A DNA stretch of 63,718 nt, counting the filler, from Candidatus Coatesbacteria bacterium (GTDB lineage: Bacteria; JAFGND01), in the NCBI GenBank assembly GCA_016927185.1. It is 6 parts of 6 records of this genome, joined end to end, with 100 filler letters (N's around TTAATTAATTAA, not from the genome) between each part and the next. Parts side by side here need not be neighbours in the genome. Positions count along the whole stretch, not along the records: positions 48,324 to 57,552 come from JAFGND010000025.1; positions 57,653 to 63,718 come from JAFGND010000040.1; 4 more parts are not named here. One strand, 5' to 3'. The translations under genes were made by a program, and so were the position numbers. Of the stretch, positions 49,481 to 59,131 are shown piece by piece (positions within the stretch are counted from its first letter, which is position 1; each line of letters begins with the position of its first letter). The notes under the pieces were generated by a model that did no database searches, was not told the origin of the DNA, and saw nothing but the letters and a program-made list of their open reading frames with translations.

Positions 49481-49507
49481 AAAGCACAGGTGTATACCTG
49501 TGCTTTT
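49481..49507 (-). terminator. Intrinsic terminator-like hairpin after the WD40 gene
   Basis: AAAGCACAGGT-GTAT-ACCTGTGCTTTT. Confidence 0.7.
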
Positions 49508-49511
49508 CAAT

Positions 49512-50717
49512 CTAGTTAATTTTCACTATTCTTTTTGTTTCTTTCCCAGACTTAACTATATAGACTCCCTGTTTCCATTTGCTTGTATCAAGAGAATGCT
49601 TGCCTTTGGGAAGGTTCATTATCAGTTGCCCTGTTATTGAATAGATAGCCCCTGATGATGGAAGGGAGAGAGACAAGTGGGAAGAGAAGGGGTTGGGAGA
49701 GGAGGAGAAGGAGGGTGATGGAAGGGAGTAAGAGGAAGTATCGTTATTAAAACCAGTCCAATCTACAGGATTAAAACAGATACTTTTAATCCTGTTAGGA
49801 TGGTTCATTGTTAAAATGCAAACCCCGTCTGAAATGCGCCAGTATTTTACATTTTTATCATCTGATCCTGACAATGCAAAATTACCATCTGGACTTATTG
49901 CAACAGAATTTACAATATCCGTATGCTCATAAAACGTTCTAATACATTCTCCTGTAGACAAATCCCAATACTTTAAGGAGCTAGCAACTCCAGATAAAGC
50001 ATATTTCCCATCTCTGGATATAGCTACTGAAGATACTCTACCTTCTGCATTCAAAGATCTTATACAAACTCCAGTTTCAATATCCCAGTATTTAATAGTA
50101 TGATCATTGCTTCCTGATAATGCATATTTTCCATCTCTTGAGATAACTACTGAATATATATTGTCCATATGTCCTGTAAATGTCCTCCTGCAATTTCCAG
50201 TTGCAACTTCCCAATATTTGAGTGTTCTATCCCAGCTCCCTGAAAGAATATAATTCCCGTCACTGGAAACAACAACAGATGTAACTCCTGAAGTATGTCC
50301 TGTAAATGTTTTAACGCATGTTCTGTTAGATACTAACCATTGCTTAATAGTAGAGTCCTGACTGCTGGAAAATACATTCAGATTATCTGGGCTGAAACAA
50401 ACTGATAGAATATTATTCTTATGTCCATTTAATGTCCCTACTGTGCTTCCATCTGATACTAATCCCAGGTAAACGGTAGAATCAGGCCAATCGTAGGTTC
50501 CATCACCACAAAGATAATAAATTCCGTTATCGCTTATAGAAACACAATTAATTCCTTCATTATGTCTTGCATTTCCCCATACAATATTCCCATCGGACAA
50601 GCGTCTGTACTGAACATCTTTTCCCCAGTCTCCTGATATAACATATCTTTCCGAGAATAGAAAAGTTGAGTAAGCAGTCATGCAAATCATCAAGAAATAG
50701 AATAAGCCTCTTTTCAT
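49512..50717 (-). CDS. Secreted WD40-repeat protein with T9SS-type CTD
   Basis: GH...V.SV..S.DG...LSGS.D.T.K.W repeats; signal peptide; CTD cassette. Confidence 0.9.
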   Translation of the reverse strand: MKRGLFYFLMICMTAYSTFLFSERYVISGDWGKDVQYRRLSDGNIVWGNARHNEGINCVSISDNGIYYLCGDGTYDWPDSTVYLGLVSDGSTVGTLNGHKNNILSVCFSPDNLNVFSSSQDSTIKQWLVSNRTCVKTFTGHTSGVTSVVVSSDGNYILSGSWDRTLKYWEVATGNCRRTFTGHMDNIYSVVISRDGKYALSGSNDHTIKYWDIETGVCIRSLNAEGRVSSVAISRDGKYALSGVASSLKYWDLSTGECIRTFYEHTDIVNSVAISPDGNFALSGSDDKNVKYWRISDGVCILTMNHPNRIKSICFNPVDWTGFNNDTSSYSLPSPSFSSSPNPFSSHLSLSLPSSGAIYSITGQLIMNLPKGKHSLDTSKWKQGVYIVKSGKETKRIVKIN

Positions 50718-50747
50718 TTTTGCCTCCTTAGATAACCTATTTTTTAC

Positions 50748-50957
50748 CTATGTTTCTTCTCCATTACAAGAATTGCCCAAGGATGTAAAAGAGAAAACCA
50801 GATTTGCTGGTTGAGTATACGTAGACATGGAATCGCAATACCCATCCGTAGAATAGTGACAGTAAGTATTGTGACTACCACATTGACAAGAACAATGGCA
50901 TGTACAGATAGACTCTTTTTTATCTGGTTTTTTCCCACCAAAACAAGAATCTTTCAT
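50748..50957 (-). CDS. Small Cys-rich peptide (69 aa, CTCHCSCQC); possible RiPP precursor or metal-binding peptide
   Basis: GGAGG RBS 6 nt before ATG 50957; 9 Cys; same strand as and between two WD40 genes. Confidence 0.6.
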   Translation of the reverse strand: MKDSCFGGKKPDKKESICTCHCSCQCGSHNTYCHYSTDGYCDSMSTYTQPANLVFSFTSLGNSCNGEET

Positions 50958-51024
50958 GATTAGCCTCCAAATTCTAAAATTGTACATTTATATGGTTTCT
51001 CATACGAGAATAATGTTATTTATC

Positions 51025-52227
51025 TTACTCTATCTTCACTACCTTCTTGCATTCCTTCCCTGCCTTCAATATATAAACTCCCTGTTTCCATTTGCTAGTA
51101 TCAAGAGTATGCTTGCCCTTGGAGAGGTTCATAATCAATTGACCAGTCAGGGAATAGATAGCTCCTGAGGACGGCATGGAAACCGACAATCTGGTGGAGA
51201 AGGGGTTGGGGGAGGCTGCGAAGGATTTGGCTGGAAGGGAGTAAGAGGAAGTATCGTTATTAAATCCAGTCCAATTGTATGTATTGAAACAAACGTCAGT
51301 TACTGAAAGACCATGCCTCATCGTTTGCAGGCAAATACCATCAGATACTCGCCAATATTTTATGCAATAGTCATTAGAGCCTGATAAAGCATTTCTATCA
51401 TCAGGACTGATTACTACTGAATTAACACTTGATGTATGTCCGGAAAAGGTTCTTATACATTCCCCTGTTGACAAATCCCAATATTTCAACTGAGAGCTTG
51501 AACCGGATAAGGCATATTTTCCACTATTTGAAATAGAAATCGAATTTACAGATCCATCATTATTTGTTATTGTTCTTAAGCAACTTCCTGTCTGCAAATC
51601 CCAGTATTTTATTTCTTCTCCACCTGCAGATAAACCATATCTTCCATCTTTGGAAATTGATACTGAGCTCACTTTATCTGAATGAGTGAAGGTCCTTATG
51701 CAACTGTTAGTTGTAATATTCCAGTATTTCATTGTATGATCCCAGCTTCCTGATAATAAGTATTTTCCATCATCAGAACATACTAGTGAAGTTACGCCAT
51801 CCTGATGACCTGTAAATGTCAGAGTACATTTCCTGTCTGAGATTTGCCATTCTTTTATTGTCAAATCCCAGCTTCCTGAATAACAATGGTTATTATCTGG
51901 ATTGAAACAAGCTGATAAAACAAGATTTTGATGCCCTTTGAAACTTCCGATACAACTTCCATCAGATGTATAATGCAAATTCAGTACAGAATCAATACTG
52001 CTATAGTAGCCATCAGTTGATAGACAATAGTTCCCATTATTACTTACTGCTACAAACATAGCTGAAGTACTATAACCTGTATATCTCCACATTAAATTAC
52101 CATCTGATAAACGCCAATATGATATATATCTGTTAAGACCTCCTGATAATGCATAATTCTCTGAAAATAAATAGCTAGTTGAAACAAGAGAGAGTAGCAG
52201 AGTTAATATAAACATATATATTTTCAT
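51025..52227 (-). CDS. Secreted WD40-repeat protein with T9SS-type CTD (paralogue of 49512-50717)
   Basis: WD40 repeats; ATG 52227 after AAGGAGG; same WTGFNNDTSSYSLP linker. Confidence 0.9.
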   Translation of the reverse strand: MKIYMFILTLLLSLVSTSYLFSENYALSGGLNRYISYWRLSDGNLMWRYTGYSTSAMFVAVSNNGNYCLSTDGYYSSIDSVLNLHYTSDGSCIGSFKGHQNLVLSACFNPDNNHCYSGSWDLTIKEWQISDRKCTLTFTGHQDGVTSLVCSDDGKYLLSGSWDHTMKYWNITTNSCIRTFTHSDKVSSVSISKDGRYGLSAGGEEIKYWDLQTGSCLRTITNNDGSVNSISISNSGKYALSGSSSQLKYWDLSTGECIRTFSGHTSSVNSVVISPDDRNALSGSNDYCIKYWRVSDGICLQTMRHGLSVTDVCFNTYNWTGFNNDTSSYSLPAKSFAASPNPFSTRLSVSMPSSGAIYSLTGQLIMNLSKGKHTLDTSKWKQGVYILKAGKECKKVVKIE

Positions 52228-52384
52228 TTTTGCCTCCTTGAATTTATTCCTGATTTTTGGCAATACTTTTATAAAATCTATACCCAATAACATTCTAGTA
52301 GATTTTATATTATCTTTCTTTGTAAATTTCCTTAATAGTCAAAAAAAAAAAAGAAATAGATTGTCAAGGATTTTTATTCTCTTT

Positions 52385-52418
52385 TTTAATATAGCCCTAA
52401 AGACTAATGGACTGACTT
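52385..52418. repeat. Dispersed ~30-bp intergenic motif, copy
   Basis: TTTAATATAGCCCTAAAGACTAATGGACTGACTT versus 5804-5837. Confidence 0.65.
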
Positions 52419-52498
52419 TTCATACAACAAAATATTTGCCTTGAATATCTGCACATCTTTTATTTTCCTTGAGAATTTAAAAAAACCTGTGGACAAAA

Positions 52499-55400
52499 AT
52501 GAGTGTCATTTGTGACTTGAAATATATGGATGAAGAGAAGCTTCTGAAGAACAAATCCGCTTTTCTTATGGAAGTGGAGAGTTACATAACTGAAATTCTT
52601 CCAGAAAAGCTGCCCAGTAATTTCTGTTCAATTGCAGGATCTTCAGACATATTTCTTCTTAGCCATATTTTCAGGAAATCGAAAGACAATGTCTTTGTCG
52701 TTACAAAAGATGAACTGGAAGCTGACAGGATTTACCTGGAATACAAGAGTCTGTATGGAGACATGGAACTTGCGATATTCCCGTCATGGGATATACTGCC
52801 ATATGAGGATGCATCACCTTCTAAAAGCGTGATAAAAGAGCGTCTTGAAACCATGCACAGGCTTCTGAGAGCTGAAAAATCAATGATAATAATTTCTGTG
52901 GAAGCATTGATGCAGGTAACCATTCCTCCCGACATACTTCTTGAGAATCTGGTGGAGATAAGGAAAGACCAGGAAACCGAGCCCCAGAAGTTCATAAACA
53001 TACTTATATCAAAAGGTTACATAAGAACATTTCTCGTGCAGAATCCAGGTGAATGCTCGCTCAAGGGTGACGTATTAGACGTTTTCCCATTCGGTCACCG
53101 TCTGCCGAAGAGGATTGAGTTCTTTGATAACAAGGTTGAAAGCATCAGGGCATTCTCTCCATCAACCCAGCGTTCAATAGAAAAACATGATGAAGTGATT
53201 TTCCTGCCTGTAGAGGAAGCTATACTTACAGAAGAGCATCATGGAAGAATTCAGGAAAATGAGCTTTTCGAGAGAAGATTCGAATTCTATCTGCCCCTGC
53301 TCTACAATCAAAGCTCATTCATATTTGATTATCTCAACAGCAATTGCACAATAATCTTGCATAGCAAGTTTGATCTTCAAAGAAGAGCTGACAGGAAAAT
53401 CAAGCAAGCCATTGAAAGATATGAACTTGAGGGGATTTCTCGCAAAATGTGCAAGCCTGAAGAGATTTTCCTGACATTCGAGAAGATTGAAGAGAAACTG
53501 AAGACTATGAAAATCTCCCCGATAATAATAGAGCCTCTTCTTGATCTGGAAGATGGCTTCAATCTTGGCTTTCTTGAGCCTGGATCCCTTTATCTGAATT
53601 TCGAGGAATTCCAGCAGAAGGCATTCAAGGAGCAGGAAGCAGGAAAGAGGATTTTCATTACTGGTCATACACTTACGCAGCTGAGAAGACTTAACAGCCT
53701 TCTTTCAGATGGACTGGAGGCATCCTATTTCCAGAGCGGTCTTGACAGGGGATTCGAGATAAAGGGCAGGAACATACTGCTGTTTGCTGACAGTGATATT
53801 ACACAGAAAACCTCAAGGAAAAGACACAGGATTGGATGGGACGGAATCTCGGAAGTCATTGAATCCCTTCCTGATATAGCACTGCTTAATGATGGTGATT
53901 ATATTGTGCATTTCGATTTCGGTATAGGATATTACAGGGGAATGTCATCAGTGAAAACCTCCCTTCAATCGATAGACTGCATTATAATTGAATATGCAAA
54001 GGGAGATAAGATATATGTGCCTGTAGATCAGCTAGACAAGGTGTTCAAGTATATCGGGGGAGAAGCAAGTATTGACAGGATTGGCTCAACAAGATGGCCT
54101 AAAGCAAAGCAGAAGGCATATGAAGCAACAAGGGAGATAGCAGAAGAGCTTCTGAACATCTATGCTGCAAGAAAGGCAAATCCAGGATTCAACTACACTC
54201 CAGACAGTCAGCTTATGCATGTCCTTGAAAGCAGGTTCCCGTTCATAGAAACAGAGGATCAGATTCAGGCAATACATGAAGTCAAGAAGGATATGGAAAT
54301 GGCAGAACCCATGGACAGGCTTATTTGCGGGGATGTCGGTTTCGGGAAGACTGAGGTGGCACTTAGAGCCGCTTTCAAGGCAGCACTGGATGGCAAGCAG
54401 GTGGCAATCCTTGCTCCAACGACAATACTTACAGAGCAGCATTATAATACCTTCTACAAGAGGCTTGAGGGAATGCCAATAAAGGTAGAGAGTATTTCAA
54501 GATTCAAGACTTCAAGGGAGCAGAAGCTTATACTGAATTCGCTCAAGAAAGGTGAGATTGATATAATAATAGGTACTCACAGGCTTCTGTCAGAAGATGT
54601 TGAATTCAGGGACTTAGGTCTTGTGATAATAGATGAAGAGCAGAAGTTCGGAGTGGTTCACAAGGAAAGGTTGAAGAAATTCAGGCTGGAAGTTGATGTA
54701 TTGACACTTACAGCCACTCCAATTCCAAGAACCCTGTATATGAGCATAATGGGGGCAAAGGATATTTCAAAGATCAATACACCCCCAATAGGACGTCAAT
54801 CCATTGATACAAGGATAGTTGCATTCAAGGATGACATAATAAAAAATGCAATCTACAGGGAAGTGGAAAGAGGTGGGCAGGTTTTCTTTGTTCATAATCG
54901 CGTGCAGACAATACTGTCTGTTTCAAACAAGGTAAAAGAGCTTGTTCCTGATTTGTCAATTGCTGTTGCTCATGGTCAGATGCGCTCTCAGCAGCTTGAA
55001 AAAGTCATGTCGGACTTTTCTGAAGGATTCTATGATGTGCTTGTTTCTACAATGATAATTGAAAGCGGTCTGGATATGCCAAATGTAAATACAATAATAA
55101 TAAATCAGGCTGACAGGTTTGGTTTATCACAGTTGTATCAGCTAAGGGGCAGGGTAGGGAGGTCGAAGAGAAAAGCGTATGCTTATTTTATTGTTTCCCA
55201 TAAAGATAAGCTGACTGACATCGCGAACAAGCGTCTTCAGGCAATAAAGAAATACTATGATTTAGGATCTGGTTTCAATATTGCAATGAAGGATCTTGAG
55301 ATAAGAGGTACTGGGGACATTCTTGGAGCAAAGCAGAGTGGACATATTGCTGCAATAGGATATGAACTTTATTGCAAGATGCTCAAAGAAAGCATTGAAG

Positions 55401-55885
55401 AGATGAAAACAAACAAACCCTTTGTTGCATCAAAAGAAACAAAGATAAATGCAAATTTCTCTGCATATTTCCCTTCTGATTACATTGAAGATGAAAATGA
55501 AAGGCTCAAGTTGTACAGGAATCTGGCTTTATCACTTAAGATTGAGGAAATTGACACTATTGAAGATGAGATAAGAGACAGATTCGGAAGAATTCCCAAA
55601 CCTTCGCAGAATCTCATATTACTCTCAAGGATAAAGCTTCTTGCAAATAAACTGGAGATTGAAGAGATAAAGCTCAGTACAGAAAGAGCTTGTATTTATA
55701 TTTCGATGGAGGATGCACCTAAGGGGCAGGATCTTTCGAAGTTTATACAATCTGCACCAGTCATTATTGAATTCAGGCAGGAACATGGCAGATTTCTCCT
55801 GAATTTCAAGGATCCTTTTCCTCTCAAGACAACAGTCAAGGTTCTTTCTGAACTCCTGAAACTCAAGGGACAATTAGCTAAGTAG
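52499..55885 (+). CDS. mfd: Transcription-repair coupling factor
   Basis: GDVGFGKTEVA, DEEQKFGV, TATPIPRTL, QLRGRVGRS, DLEIRG; start may be ATG 52526. Confidence 0.97.
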   Translation: MSVICDLKYMDEEKLLKNKSAFLMEVESYITEILPEKLPSNFCSIAGSSDIFLLSHIFRKSKDNVFVVTKDELEADRIYLEYKSLYGDMELAIFPSWDILPYEDASPSKSVIKERLETMHRLLRAEKSMIIISVEALMQVTIPPDILLENLVEIRKDQETEPQKFINILISKGYIRTFLVQNPGECSLKGDVLDVFPFGHRLPKRIEFFDNKVESIRAFSPSTQRSIEKHDEVIFLPVEEAILTEEHHGRIQENELFERRFEFYLPLLYNQSSFIFDYLNSNCTIILHSKFDLQRRADRKIKQAIERYELEGISRKMCKPEEIFLTFEKIEEKLKTMKISPIIIEPLLDLEDGFNLGFLEPGSLYLNFEEFQQKAFKEQEAGKRIFITGHTLTQLRRLNSLLSDGLEASYFQSGLDRGFEIKGRNILLFADSDITQKTSRKRHRIGWDGISEVIESLPDIALLNDGDYIVHFDFGIGYYRGMSSVKTSLQSIDCIIIEYAKGDKIYVPVDQLDKVFKYIGGEASIDRIGSTRWPKAKQKAYEATREIAEELLNIYAARKANPGFNYTPDSQLMHVLESRFPFIETEDQIQAIHEVKKDMEMAEPMDRLICGDVGFGKTEVALRAAFKAALDGKQVAILAPTTILTEQHYNTFYKRLEGMPIKVESISRFKTSREQKLILNSLKKGEIDIIIGTHRLLSEDVEFRDLGLVIIDEEQKFGVVHKERLKKFRLEVDVLTLTATPIPRTLYMSIMGAKDISKINTPPIGRQSIDTRIVAFKDDIIKNAIYREVERGGQVFFVHNRVQTILSVSNKVKELVPDLSIAVAHGQMRSQQLEKVMSDFSEGFYDVLVSTMIIESGLDMPNVNTIIINQADRFGLSQLYQLRGRVGRSKRKAYAYFIVSHKDKLTDIANKRLQAIKKYYDLGSGFNIAMKDLEIRGTGDILGAKQSGHIAAIGYELYCKMLKESIEEMKTNKPFVASKETKINANFSAYFPSDYIEDENERLKLYRNLALSLKIEEIDTIEDEIRDRFGRIPKPSQNLILLSRIKLLANKLEIEEIKLSTERACIYISMEDAPKGQDLSKFIQSAPVIIEFRQEHGRFLLNFKDPFPLKTTVKVLSELLKLKGQLAK

Positions 55886-55943
55886 TTTTTTCTTGACTAA
55901 ATATTCTTGCTTCTGAGTAATTATTTGAAAGACAGGAGGAAAA

Positions 55944-56210
55944 ATGAAGTATTTAGTCTTCATATGCTTATGCCTTTCTATCATTTATTTGCATTCAGCA
56001 CCTGGTGATTTGATATGGAAATATAAGACAGGTGATTATATAGTATCCTCTCCTTGTGTCTCAGATGGAGTCGTTTATGTTGCTAGTGGCTTATATCTTT
56101 ATGCGATAAAAACTGCCAGTTATAAATACCTATCGAGGAATAAAACAACACAATTCAAGCCTGTTTCATCTAAATCCAGTTTTTCATTACCAACCAAACC
56201 AGAGGAATAG
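55944..56210 (+). CDS. Single-repeat PQQ-propeller mini-gene (collapsed or chimeric paralogue)
   Basis: AGGAGG RBS; signal peptide, SAPGDLIWKY, one repeat, KSSFSLPTKPEE tail. Confidence 0.7.
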   Translation: MKYLVFICLCLSIIYLHSAPGDLIWKYKTGDYIVSSPCVSDGVVYVASGLYLYAIKTASYKYLSRNKTTQFKPVSSKSSFSLPTKPEE

Positions 56211-56345
56211 GATTTTTTTGTGCAACTAAATGGAGAGAACAGGTTTACTTTATTAAGTCCAATAAGGAGTACAAGAGGATAATAAAGATATAGAATTTTT
56301 AGAAGTATTGTTCCTATTTAATATTTTTGAGAGAAAGGAAATGCA

Positions 56346-57524
56346 ATGAAACTAGGATCTGCAGTAATTATAAGTCTTATAATTTCACTTTCATTGATTG
56401 CATTCTCTTGTGGTGATGAAGATGAAGATAATAATGACTCAGGAACTGGTACTGGAAGCGGGACTAGTTTTATTAGTTTACTTTTATGGAGATATAAGAC
56501 AGGTGGAGATATTAACTCTTCTCCTTGTGTCTCTGATGGAGTTGTTTATGTTGGAAGTAATGATTCTTATCTTTATGGAATAAACTGTTCAGATGGAACT
56601 ATTAAATGGAGATATAGGACAGGTAATTGGATTTTGTCCTCTCCTTGTGTCTCTGATGGAGTTGTTTTTGTTGGAAGTAATGATAATTATCTTTATGCAA
56701 TAAACTGTTCAGATGGTACTTTGAAATGGAGATATGAGACTGGTAATTATGTTTATTCCTCTCCTTGTGTCTCAAATGGAGTTGCTTATGTTGGTAGTTG
56801 GGATGCTTATCTTTATGCAATAAACTGCTCAGATGGAACACTAAAATGGAGATATTATATATTTAGTAGAGTTGACTCATCTCCTTTTGTCTCAGATGGA
56901 GTTGTTTTTGTTGGAAGTCAGGATGATTATCTTTATGCAATAAACTGCTCAAATGGAACTCTTAAATGGAGATATAAGACAGATGATTATGTTTACTCCT
57001 CTCCTTGTGTCTATGATGGAATTGTTTATGTTGGAAGTTTTGATAGTTATCTTTATGCAATAAACATTACTGATGGAACTCTTAAATGGAGATATAGGAC
57101 AGGTAATTGGATTTTGTCCTCTCCTTTTGTCTCTGATGGAGTTGTTTATGTTGGAAGTCATGATGCTTATATTTTTGCAATAAACTGCTCAGATGGAACT
57201 CTAAAATGGAGATATCTTACTGGTAATAGTGTTGACTCCTCTCCTTGTGTTTCTGAAGGAGTTGTTTATGTTGGAAGCTGGGATGATTATCTTTATGGAA
57301 TAAACTGTGCAGATGGAACTCTAAAATGGGAGTTTAAGACAGGTCTTGATGTTCAATCTTCCCCTTGTGTTTCAGATGGAGTTGTTTATGTTGGAAGTTA
57401 TGATAGTTATCTTTATGCAGTAAAAGCTGGCAGTTATAAAAGATTATCAAAGAGCAAGTTTCCTGAAAAGAGACAGAGTTCGTTTAAATCCAGTTTTTCA
57501 TTGCCAACCAATCCAGAGGAATAG
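56346..57524 (+). CDS. PQQ-like beta-propeller lipoprotein (8 repeats)
   Basis: Lipobox AFSC, acidic/Gly-Thr linker, eight 120-bp repeats, KSSFSLPTNPEE tail. Confidence 0.9.
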   Translation: MKLGSAVIISLIISLSLIAFSCGDEDEDNNDSGTGTGSGTSFISLLLWRYKTGGDINSSPCVSDGVVYVGSNDSYLYGINCSDGTIKWRYRTGNWILSSPCVSDGVVFVGSNDNYLYAINCSDGTLKWRYETGNYVYSSPCVSNGVAYVGSWDAYLYAINCSDGTLKWRYYIFSRVDSSPFVSDGVVFVGSQDDYLYAINCSNGTLKWRYKTDDYVYSSPCVYDGIVYVGSFDSYLYAINITDGTLKWRYRTGNWILSSPFVSDGVVYVGSHDAYIFAINCSDGTLKWRYLTGNSVDSSPCVSEGVVYVGSWDDYLYGINCADGTLKWEFKTGLDVQSSPCVSDGVVYVGSYDSYLYAVKAGSYKRLSKSKFPEKRQSSFKSSFSLPTNPEE

Positions 57525-57552
57525 GATTTTTTTATGCAACCAAATGGAGAGA

Positions 57553-57652
57553 NNNNNNNNNNNNNNNNNNNNNNNNNNNNNNNNNNNNNNNNNNNNTTAA
57601 TTAATTAANNNNNNNNNNNNNNNNNNNNNNNNNNNNNNNNNNNNNNNNNNNN
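57553..57652. other. Artificial contig linker
   Basis: N/TTAATTAATTAA/N. Confidence 0.98.
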
Positions 57653-57746
57653 ATTTTATTCATTGACAAAAGATTATGATTTTCAGAAATAAATATTTGA
57701 AGGAAAACAATCATGCAAATAATATTAAATATTATGGGAGGTTGAA

Positions 57747-58661
57747 ATGAGTGCATTTTTAATACTTCTGATTGCTATAACTTATTTTTCACCTGCTATC
57801 ACCTTGATTATTCCCAACGGAGGAGAGAAATGGAGAGTTGGTTCGACACAGAAAGTGAAATGGCAAGCAGATAGTCAGGATTTATGGTGGATTGGATATA
57901 CTACCCAGGGTTACGGCAACTGGAAACAGATTGCATATGGTTACAACAGCAGCAGAGAATATGACTGGCTGATCCCAGACACTCCTTCAGATAACTGCCG
58001 AGTTGAGCTTATTGTAGATTGGTACTATTATACCTATTTTGATCAAAGTGATAATCCGTTCAGTATATACAAAGGATCATTAAATGTGACTTCCCCAAAT
58101 GGAGGTGAGAGATGGGCAGCTGGATCAAGTCATGATATTACCTGGGAAACAACAGGTAATATTCCTTTTGTAAGACTTGCATATTCAACAAATGGAGGGC
58201 TTGTATGGCATGCCATTGCTTTCAACATTGATCCAAAGACATGTCTATATTCATGGCAGCTTCCAGATGTAAATTCAGATTATTGCTATGTAAAAATTGC
58301 TGATGATATAGACGAATACTATAACGATAGAAGTGATAATTATTTTACTATTTACAGTACAGGTTTTAATGCAAAAAATAATACAATTACTTTACCATCA
58401 AAGATTGATTTGACTGTCTCTCCCAATCCTGTGAGAAAAACCGCGAAAATATCCTTCTTTTTGCCCAAAACATCATCTGTAGATTTTTGCATTTATAATA
58501 TGAAAGGAGAAAAAATACTAGTTGAAAATCCAGGGATTTTTCAGAAAGGGCTTAACGATTTCTATTTAAGGAATTTAAGTATTATTAGTGATGGCATATA
58601 TTTGTTGCATATCAAGACTCCATATGCTTCAAATAGCTGCAGATTTATAAAACTTAAATGA
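57747..58661 (+). CDS. Secreted protein with two PNGGE Ig-like domains and T9SS type A-like CTD
   Basis: PNGGE.W..GS...I.W...D.SDN.F.I twice; VSPNP...IYN.KG...G.Y... Confidence 0.8.
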   Translation: MSAFLILLIAITYFSPAITLIIPNGGEKWRVGSTQKVKWQADSQDLWWIGYTTQGYGNWKQIAYGYNSSREYDWLIPDTPSDNCRVELIVDWYYYTYFDQSDNPFSIYKGSLNVTSPNGGERWAAGSSHDITWETTGNIPFVRLAYSTNGGLVWHAIAFNIDPKTCLYSWQLPDVNSDYCYVKIADDIDEYYNDRSDNYFTIYSTGFNAKNNTITLPSKIDLTVSPNPVRKTAKISFFLPKTSSVDFCIYNMKGEKILVENPGIFQKGLNDFYLRNLSIISDGIYLLHIKTPYASNSCRFIKLK

Positions 58662-58688
58662 TCCGGGTTACTTTACATAAGGATTATT

Positions 58689-59105
58689 ATGATTAGTACA
58701 AAAGAAATGAAATTGGAAACTGCTCCTGGATTTCAGATTGTAGATATTACCAGGAAAGCAGAGGACGAGTTATCAAACACAGGCTTGAATTCTGGGATAC
58801 TAGTGTTGTTTGTTCCAGGTGCAACTGGAGCATTAACAACCATTGAGTATGAGAGTGGATTGATTCAAGATTTGAAAGATTTGTTTCAAAAGATAATCCC
58901 TGAAGGTTTGAATTACAATCATGACAGGAAATGGCATGACGGGAATGGTCATTCTCATCTCAGAGCTAGTCTCATCGGTCCATCTCTGTCAATTCCTTTC
59001 TCCAAGGGGAATCTTCTTCTAGGCACATGGCAACAGATTATTTTCATTGATTTTGATCCTCCAGCAAGATCAAGAAAGATAATACTGCAATTTATGGGGG
59101 AGTGA
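58689..59105 (+). CDS. yjbQ: YjbQ/UPF0047-family protein
   Basis: NGHSHLRASLIGPS, LGTWQQI. Confidence 0.92.
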   Translation: MISTKEMKLETAPGFQIVDITRKAEDELSNTGLNSGILVLFVPGATGALTTIEYESGLIQDLKDLFQKIIPEGLNYNHDRKWHDGNGHSHLRASLIGPSLSIPFSKGNLLLGTWQQIIFIDFDPPARSRKIILQFMGE

Positions 59106-59131
59106 AGGAGCAATAGTATGCTCCCTCAGTT

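Noticed and set aside
50744-50941. Alternative 65-aa hydrophobic ORF overlapping the Cys-rich peptide
   Set aside because: Non-ATG start with no suitably spaced SD; the Cys-rich frame has GGAGG plus ATG
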